Source: an uncultured Erysipelotrichaceae bacterium
GTDB taxonomy: Bacteria; Bacillota_I; Bacilli_A; RF39; UBA660
Direction: 5' to 3'
NCBI GenBank assembly: GCA_902783215.1
Contig: CACZQD010000066.1
Location: 1 to 53,756, forward strand
Length of the DNA: 53,756 nucleotides
Made by a program: the position numbers and the translations under genes. This document shows positions 47,857 to 53,756 of this stretch, in pieces. The notes under the pieces are model-generated. The model saw only the letters and a list, made by a program, of their open reading frames with translations. It was not told the origin of the DNA and did no database searches. How positions within the stretch are numbered: position 1 is the stretch's first letter; every line of letters starts with the position of its first letter.

Positions 47857-48960
47857 TTATTTTATACGACTGTCAACTGGAAGATAATCTCCATAATTAA
47901 GAGGGGATTTTCTTTTTATTTTTTTTAATTCTTTTTTTATTCTATTTTTATCATAATCTTCATCTGATACTATACCTGGAATATAACAATCAGATTGGTG
48001 ATAATCTAATTGATTATTAGTTTCTTTTCCATATAAAAAATATTGATCAGAAAACTTACTTGCTTTTAAACTATTAGGTAGTTGATTAGGGTTTTTAGTT
48101 ATATTCCATGTATTATCAATATAGTATAATTCATCATCAATTTCTACTATATTCCATACATGAATTGATCCATATATACTTCTTATATTTATATTCATCC
48201 AAGGATTATTTAATAGTAGAGTAGTAGTATTGGCAATTGACATACAAGTTCCATAATGATTAAATATGACTTGATCAATATAATCACATTCTTGATTAAT
48301 TAACTGTTTATCTACAACATATATTTTTCCATTAGCATTAGTTTCTGTACCATCAATATATTGTACTTTGGATTGTATATAATTAGAAATTAAAAGACAT
48401 TTTTGAATATCATTTTTAGGTATTTTCATACTTTGAATTATTTCTTTTACTTTTAACAATGTATCTTTTGATAATGAATTGTCTCCATTTAAATTATACA
48501 TATTTCTATTATTTTTATTACAAAATTTAGCTATATTTACACTTTCTTTTATATCAACATTCCACATTACATAACTTAGTGGTATAGATATATGATGTGT
48601 TTTGAAAAAATCTAAATTAATATATGATCGATTTTTGTTTTTATAATCATCTACTAAAAATATAGGAATACAGTTATTTTTTATTTCTTTTTCAATTATA
48701 ATTGCACATCTATAATCTGTACAGTTTATTTGACTAACGTTTTTAATTTCTAATATATGCTTTAATAAATCTATATTATTAATTAAAGATTCATAATTTA
48801 CTAAAATATTATCATTATTTGAATTGCAAATATAATTGTCATCTTTACCTATAAAATCTATTAATCTATATGCATTATTATTTTTATTTATTCTATTAAT
48901 AGGTTTTCGCAATTTTATCACCTCACTTAGAGTGTAATTATACTTCTTATTATATAACAT
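47857..48960 (-). CDS. Transglutaminase-like (papain-fold) domain protein
   Basis: Cys-His-Asp core: YGTCMSIANT, IHVWNIVEI, YYIDNTW. The start is uncertain; a TTG at 48912 has a better RBS (GAGGTG). Confidence 0.6.
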   Translation of the reverse strand: MLYNKKYNYTLSEVIKLRKPINRINKNNNAYRLIDFIGKDDNYICNSNNDNILVNYESLINNIDLLKHILEIKNVSQINCTDYRCAIIIEKEIKNNCIPIFLVDDYKNKNRSYINLDFFKTHHISIPLSYVMWNVDIKESVNIAKFCNKNNRNMYNLNGDNSLSKDTLLKVKEIIQSMKIPKNDIQKCLLISNYIQSKVQYIDGTETNANGKIYVVDKQLINQECDYIDQVIFNHYGTCMSIANTTTLLLNNPWMNINIRSIYGSIHVWNIVEIDDELYYIDNTWNITKNPNQLPNSLKASKFSDQYFLYGKETNNQLDYHQSDCYIPGIVSDEDYDKNRIKKELKKIKRKSPLNYGDYLPVDSRIK

Positions 48961-49006
48961 GTCAAATTAAAAAGATAATTTAAAAATTATCCTTTTAAAT
49001 AAAATA

Positions 49007-49834
49007 TTATTTTAAATCATTTTTAATTATTAACTTATGAAGAATTATTAGAATAACTATCATAATTAATACTATAATCATATTTAACCATATGATATTC
49101 ATAACTATTAAATATATTATTAAAATCGTTGATGTATTAGCTATACAGTGCAACAAAATAGGTGCCCATAACGTTTTATACTTTTCATATAAATAGATAA
49201 ACATAAAAGACATCATAAACGCATATAAAACGTTTAATGGATTACTAAAGTGAAATAAAGAAAAAATGATACTTGATATAATAATAGATTTCATCGGCTT
49301 ATAATCTTCTTTTATCTTGTTATAAACAATACCTCTAAAAAGTAATTCTTCTATAATAGGACCCATTATTCCAGATGATAATATCTGAATATAAATAGGT
49401 AATTGTGATAATTGATAATTATTTGTAAAATGTAAAAAATAATTAATACTGCTTAGTGTTATATTAAAGATTAAACTAATGCTTATACCGAGTAAAATTA
49501 TGAATAAAACATCATTTTTTTTAATTTTTGTGATATTATGATTTTTATATTTTTTATAAATATTATAAAATAGAGGAATAAATATTATACTAGTTATCAA
49601 AATAATAATTAATGCTTTAGAATTCATATAGTTACTTAGATTTAATTTATATTGTGATGTTTTTATTAATTGGTTTAATTTACTAATTAGTTGCTTGTGT
49701 GACAAAAAAGGATAATTATTAGATAATAATCTTAATTGGTGCTGATTAAATAAAAAAACAAAAAAGTAGTTTATCAAGAATTGACCTATAAAAAAAGTAA
49801 TAGGATATATTAAATATTTAATTATTCTCTTCAT
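49007..49834 (-). CDS. CPBP-family intramembrane glutamic endopeptidase (CAAX protease/Abi-like)
   Basis: Polytopic protein with EELLFRG, FSLFH and HCIAN motifs. The ATG at 49834 follows AGAGGTG. Confidence 0.8.
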   Translation of the reverse strand: MKRIIKYLIYPITFFIGQFLINYFFVFLFNQHQLRLLSNNYPFLSHKQLISKLNQLIKTSQYKLNLSNYMNSKALIIILITSIIFIPLFYNIYKKYKNHNITKIKKNDVLFIILLGISISLIFNITLSSINYFLHFTNNYQLSQLPIYIQILSSGIMGPIIEELLFRGIVYNKIKEDYKPMKSIIISSIIFSLFHFSNPLNVLYAFMMSFMFIYLYEKYKTLWAPILLHCIANTSTILIIYLIVMNIIWLNMIIVLIMIVILIILHKLIIKNDLK

Positions 49835-49960
49835 TTTTACACCTCTATTTTTATTGTTTATTGATAGTTTTGTAGATATCACTTAAATCTTATAATTTAA
49901 TTATATCCTAAATTTTAGTAAAATAAAAGAATTATTTACATTCGAAATACAACTTCTGAT

Positions 49961-50272
49961 ATGACAAAAAATAATGATAAGTCATATAATGAAGAAATAG
50001 TATATATTAATCCAATAATAAAAAAGATATATGGACATACACGCTTTTTAGAGGGATGTGGAAGTTGTAGAGATTCAGATGGAAACTATGTTACAGGAGT
50101 AATTGATAGACCTTATAAAATAGAAATAGAATATTATGATGTTTCTGGTAAGAATCATAATAAGGTAATTGAAGATTTTGAATCTACTATTTTTTGTCAT
50201 GAATATGATCATTTAAATGGAATATTACATATGGATAGAATTAAAGATTCTTTTTTAATGACTTTAGAATAA
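49961..50272 (+). pseudogene. def: 5'-truncated peptide deformylase remnant
   Basis: It retains EGCGS (motif 2) and HEYDHLNG (motif 3) but lacks the N-terminal ~55 aa with the GxGxAAxQ motif. There is no RBS, and an in-frame stop lies upstream at 49919. Confidence 0.6.
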
Positions 50273-50381
50273 AAAATCCGTATAAAATAATTTCACAAGA
50301 TGAAGATTTTTTCTATGAGAAAATTGAACTTGATGGATAATAGTTAAATGATTATATGAAGAATTAGGAGGTTTTAAATAT

Positions 50382-50816
50382 ATGAAAAAAAATGTTTTAA
50401 TAACTGGTACTGTTATGAATTCTGATACTGAATCAATTAGTGTTTACAATGATTTAATATCACTTATTGATAAAGAAAAATATAATATATGTTCTCCATT
50501 AGATACAATGATATTTAGCGGTACTGACGTGGAAAAATATCAAAGAGCGATGTTGTTGTTAGAAAATGCAGACGTTGTGATTGCTGAAGTAAGTAGTGCA
50601 TCCACTGGACAAGGAATGGAATTACAACAGGCAGCCGTTTTAGAAATTCCAGTACTAGCTATCGCAAAGACAAATAGTAAAGTTTCAGGTTTAATAAAAG
50701 GATGCCAAAATATAAGAAACATTATCTACTATGATAATGTTCTTGAAATAGGTGATAGTGTAAATAGTTTTATTACTGAAGCAGCAAAAGGAAAAAATAG
50801 TATTAATAGGAAGTAG
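50382..50816 (+). CDS. Nucleoside 2-deoxyribosyltransferase-like (Rossmann-like) small protein
   Basis: ENADVVIAEVSSASTGQGMELQQAAVLEIPVLAI resembles the xDxVxAxLdg...GTxxExGxA core of that family. Strong RBS AGGAGG. Confidence 0.5.
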   Translation: MKKNVLITGTVMNSDTESISVYNDLISLIDKEKYNICSPLDTMIFSGTDVEKYQRAMLLLENADVVIAEVSSASTGQGMELQQAAVLEIPVLAIAKTNSKVSGLIKGCQNIRNIIYYDNVLEIGDSVNSFITEAAKGKNSINRK

Positions 50817-51393
50817 TGTAATTTAGTTTTTTACACTTTTCTTTTTCTTTTTGAAGAGAATTTATTATTGTTCCATCATATTGATTAATGATATCAAAGT
50901 CATAGTTATATTTTTTTATTAATTTAGTTATCACTTGGTAAGAGTATTCATTTAATTCTATAGGATTAATGTATATACCAATGCCATATTTTCTAATTGA
51001 AATATTATCTGAAATTAGGATTTCTTTATCACAAAAAGCTTCTTCAGCAATAGTTAATTCCTTCAATAATTTTGGATTTAAAAGAAAACCAAATTTAGAA
51101 TACTTAGTAGCGACAGTATAACCATTGTCATCTTTTATATTTTTTGTGAATTTCTTTGCATAAATACTATCTGGATGGCAACCAACAAATGTAAAATAAT
51201 AAGTATACATATTGGCAAAATCAGTATGAGAAATATTGTTATTTTTGAAATCACAAGGTCTATAAATAAAACCATGCTTTAAGATACTATCAAATTTTTC
51301 TAAGCAAAAAGAGTCTCTTGATTTATGGCTATTGCAGTATAACCAATCAACAATTCCATGATATAAATAGTTCTTCATGTCTAAATTATGCAT
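50803..51393 (-). CDS. Hypothetical protein
   Basis: I chose the ATG at 51393 (MHNLDMKNYLYHG) to avoid a 94-nt overlap with the upstream gene. No family recognised. Confidence 0.4.
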   Translation of the reverse strand: MHNLDMKNYLYHGIVDWLYCNSHKSRDSFCLEKFDSILKHGFIYRPCDFKNNNISHTDFANMYTYYFTFVGCHPDSIYAKKFTKNIKDDNGYTVATKYSKFGFLLNPKLLKELTIAEEAFCDKEILISDNISIRKYGIGIYINPIELNEYSYQVITKLIKKYNYDFDIINQYDGTIINSLQKEKEKCKKLNYTTSY

Positions 51394-51416
51394 AATAACA
51401 CTTCCAAATATCTTTT

Positions 51417-52232
51417 CTATTTTTTCTTTACTAGTAATTTTGAATTTTCTTTTATTTGAGTTATTATATTTTCTCCCATTTTTCTTTGCCCTGAAAAATT
51501 TGGATGCCAATCAACGTGAGCCATATTTGCTTTTTCTAAATTTATATTATCTATGAATATAGTATTACTATATTTTTCACATAACTTTCTTAATTTTTCA
51601 TTATATAAACTAATAGGCTTTTTTACAGTATTTCTGATATATCTTACTCTTGTTGGAATATATAACCCCATGATATAAATTTCAATATTTTCATTAATTT
51701 TAATTAATTGGTTAAGATTATTATCAATTTTATTCATTATAGTTGATATTGTTTGATCTATATTATTAAATGCCTTTTCCATATTTTTAGGGTTTAAAAG
51801 CTTTGCTAAATCGGTATTCATAATTTTTAAAAAATCATTTATGCCACAAGAATATATAAAAATAGTATTGTTATTTTTTATTAGTTCAGTTAATGTTCTG
51901 TTCCTATCTTCATCATTTAATTTATATAAATTCTTTGTTTTTTTAGGTAGTTGAATAAATTGAAATATACCACATTTTCTACATAAATCAATACTTTTAA
52001 TTTGATTTTCTTTAATTTCATATAAACTTATTTCTGAGTTTAACAAATAATTCATATAGTCAGTATCGTTGTATTTATGCATTGAATACATATCAATAGT
52101 ACTGACGTCAATTTTTTTGGACACTAAAAAATTGTAAACCTCACTTAAGTGATTGATATGCTTTTTATTATCTCTTGTATATGGTACACCAAATGAATCA
52201 ACACCACCAATTAATATGAAATTTTTAGACAT
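51417..52232 (-). CDS. SGNH/GDSL-like hydrolase
   Basis: Block I-like GGVDSFG, block III-like SCGINDF, block V-like VDWHPN. RBS GAAGGAG. Confidence 0.5.
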   Translation of the reverse strand: MSKNFILIGGVDSFGVPYTRDNKKHINHLSEVYNFLVSKKIDVSTIDMYSMHKYNDTDYMNYLLNSEISLYEIKENQIKSIDLCRKCGIFQFIQLPKKTKNLYKLNDEDRNRTLTELIKNNNTIFIYSCGINDFLKIMNTDLAKLLNPKNMEKAFNNIDQTISTIMNKIDNNLNQLIKINENIEIYIMGLYIPTRVRYIRNTVKKPISLYNEKLRKLCEKYSNTIFIDNINLEKANMAHVDWHPNFSGQRKMGENIITQIKENSKLLVKKK

Positions 52233-52342
52233 ATCGCTTCTCCTTCATTGGTATTATACATTGCTTAGAATATTAAGTCAAATTGGATATACAGTTCTAA
52301 AAATAAAAGAGGTTGATTTTATCAGCACTCTGAAATGTTATT

Positions 52343-52963
52343 TTAATTTTTTTTCTTTTTCATTTTTGCTTTTTCTATATTAATAGTATCAAGAGATTTA
52401 TCAGCGTTACAAGTTACACTGTATAAGTGATCTCCTTGCATTCCTTGGTAGAAGACATTAGTTATTTTTATATTGTTGAATCCTGCACGTGTTAAACTAT
52501 CTGTAACACTTTCCATAGCTTGCTTTTCACCCATAGCATGAATGTCAAAATGATTATGATAATTTTTACTGGTACTATCAATAGTTAGATGTTTTCTGAT
52601 AACACCAATTAAATGTAATGCATCCTTTGTTAATGTTTTATTAATAATTTCTTCTGGCAATTTTTGATAATGTTCCATTATGTACTCTATGTTAAGTGCT
52701 TTATATTCAACATATTCTTTACCTATACTTTGTTCTAACATTGTATTAGGAGTTTCTTCATATTCAACAAATTCGAATGAATCTTGCTGACTATAGTATC
52801 CACATTGCTCGATATAATTATAAAAATTATATACTTCATTTATTGAAACTGTTGCTTTATCATTTGCTAAAAAATTATATAAAAGTGCAACAGCAGTTAA
52901 GTCATTTCTAGAAATTGTAATTATACTTTTATCTTTAGAATTATTATCTTGTTTTATTTCCAT
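52343..52963 (-). CDS. Hypothetical protein
   Basis: 206-aa ORF with RBS AAGGAGA. No recognisable family. Confidence 0.45.
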   Translation of the reverse strand: MEIKQDNNSKDKSIITISRNDLTAVALLYNFLANDKATVSINEVYNFYNYIEQCGYYSQQDSFEFVEYEETPNTMLEQSIGKEYVEYKALNIEYIMEHYQKLPEEIINKTLTKDALHLIGVIRKHLTIDSTSKNYHNHFDIHAMGEKQAMESVTDSLTRAGFNNIKITNVFYQGMQGDHLYSVTCNADKSLDTINIEKAKMKKKKN

Positions 52964-53030
52964 GTTCTCATCTCCTTGGTATATATACTAGCATATTTGT
53001 ATGGTGATTGCAATACACTTTTTAGTTAAT

Positions 53031-53321
53031 TTAATTCTTTATCATTTTTAATACTAAATCAGATAATCTACTAAGTGAGATAATTTCTAAACTATCTTTT
53101 AAATATAGGTTATTATCTTCATCATAAGAAAGTAGGATTAGACAAGAGGATTCATTACTAATCATTATCTTATGTGGTTCTTTAATAGAGAGATTAGTTT
53201 TATCAAAATGTATGTTTTTTCCATTAATAAAAATAGTATTTAATTTTGATATTTTAGGTATCTTTGTAATTTTATCTTTAACATCTAAAGGAAATTCTAA
53301 AGATTCTATGGTTATTTTCAT
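53031..53321 (-). CDS. Hypothetical small protein
   Basis: 96-aa ORF with RBS AAAGGAGGA. No recognisable family. Confidence 0.45.
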   Translation of the reverse strand: MKITIESLEFPLDVKDKITKIPKISKLNTIFINGKNIHFDKTNLSIKEPHKIMISNESSCLILLSYDEDNNLYLKDSLEIISLSRLSDLVLKMIKN

Positions 53322-53344
53322 TTGTAAATCCTCCTTTCAAATAT

Positions 53345-53383
53345 GAAAAAATCCCATAACAACGAGTGTTATAGGATATTTTT
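53345..53383 (-). terminator. Bidirectional hairpin terminator downstream of tRNA-Gly
   Basis: 9-bp stem cccataaca/tgttatagg, flanked by A6 on one side and T6 on the other. Confidence 0.65.
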
Positions 53384-53424
53384 TATAAAATAAAACTAAC
53401 ACGAGGTGTGAGTAATTCTCTCAA

Positions 53425-53498
53425 TGGAGCGGGTGACCGGAATCGGACCGGCGTTATCAGCTTGGAAGGCTGGAGTTCTACCATTGAACTACACCCGC
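53425..53498 (-). tRNA. tRNA-Gly (anticodon UCC), CCA encoded
   Basis: The reverse complement folds as GCGGGTG..CTTCCAA..CACCCGC-T-CCA. The discriminator is U73. The T-loop reads TCCGATT. Confidence 0.9.
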
Positions 53499-53515
53499 AT
53501 CAATTGACATTTAAC

Positions 53516-53544
53516 ATTATATATTAAAAAAAAATGTGTGTCAA
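53516..53544 (-). promoter_or_regulatory. Sigma-A promoter of tRNA-Gly
   Basis: On the minus strand: TTGACA, 17 nt, TATAAT, about 17 nt upstream of the mature 5' end. Confidence 0.6.
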
Positions 53545-53699
53545 TACTTTATTTAAAATTTATTTTAAAAAATATCATTTTTTTGATTTAAATGTTAGGT
53601 GATTAATAAAAAATCAATATTGGTAATAAATAGAAAACAAAAAAACAATAATTTCTTTTCTTTTTTATAAATGTGTGCTAAAATGTTAATGGTGATAAC

Positions 53700-53756
53700 A
53701 TGAATAAACATATCAAGAATGTTGATATTAATTATATTGAATATGGTAAAGGTAAG
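53700..53756 (+). CDS. 5' end of an unidentified CDS (continues beyond the window)
   Basis: ATG after a GGTGA-like RBS. Only 19 codons are visible (MNKHIKNVDINYIEYGKGK). Confidence 0.3.
   Translation, partial: MNKHIKNVDINYIEYGKGK

Noticed and set aside
51394-51510. N-terminal extension of the 50803 ORF, overlapping the SGNH gene by 94 nt
   Set aside because: The extension is Lys/Asn-rich with no RBS. The internal ATG at 51393 has a plausible RBS and removes the overlap.
52153-52383. 76-aa plus-strand ORF spanning the SGNH gene start and the intergenic region
   Set aside because: It overlaps the RBS and start of a better-supported minus-strand gene. It has no RBS and a hydrophobic, junk-like sequence.
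1-53756. Scan for CRISPR arrays, rRNA, transposases, integrases, prophage genes and reverse transcriptases
   Set aside because: I saw no regularly spaced direct repeats, no recombinase or transposase motifs, and no noncoding gap longer than about 235 nt. The only RNA genes found are the two tRNAs.
1-53756. Possibility of a Mollicutes-type genetic code (TGA = Trp), given the extreme AT content
   Set aside because: TGA terminates well-supported genes (for example rmuC at 23966-23968, rbfA and the 28655 ORF). Family-length proteins are obtained with the standard code.

Overview
This is a chromosomal window from a very AT-rich, low-GC Gram-positive (Bacillota-type) genome. It uses the standard code (TGA acts as a stop) and strong GGAGG-type RBSs, and it carries a CotE homolog, which suggests a spore-former. 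I found no integrase, transposase, CRISPR array or rRNA. Housekeeping blocks (infB-rbfA-miaB; rpsP-KH; cdsA-rseP-tRNA-Leu; thyX-tmk; rmuC; rplS-lepB; trxA; coaE-coaD) alternate with accessory cassettes.

Candidates for a new system, strongest first:
1. **Phosphonate cluster (4.9-13.0 kb).** Six translationally coupled genes: a TagF-like transferase, a TagD-like cytidylyltransferase fused to PEP mutase, phosphonopyruvate decarboxylase, a LicC-like nucleotidyltransferase, an Fe-alcohol dehydrogenase, and a GT2-LicD-LicD protein. There is no aminotransferase, so I predict a 2-hydroxyethylphosphonate surface polymer or decoration. A 19-nt poly(A) tract inside the LicC-like gene looks like a phase-variation switch.
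2. **Two adjacent uncharacterised modules (33.2-38.0 kb).** The first is an HTH-WYL regulator with a SIS-like protein and a divergent Ham1/ITPase-like protein. The second is an HTH-metallophosphoesterase with an ankyrin-repeat Clp-type AAA+ ATPase. Both sit in a stretch rich in NUDIX and nucleotidase genes.
3. **coaE-coaD-MBL-(NUDIX-PHP) operon.** Its parts could form a CoA breakdown and resynthesis cycle.
4. **Double-length ThyX-like protein.** It looks internally duplicated, with the catalytic motifs split between the two halves.
5. **Minus-strand accessory stretch (46.3-53.3 kb).** It consists mostly of orphan genes, abuts a tRNA-Gly(UCC) with an unusual T-loop, and contains a decayed def remnant.

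All functional calls rest on motif recognition by eye. No database search was run.
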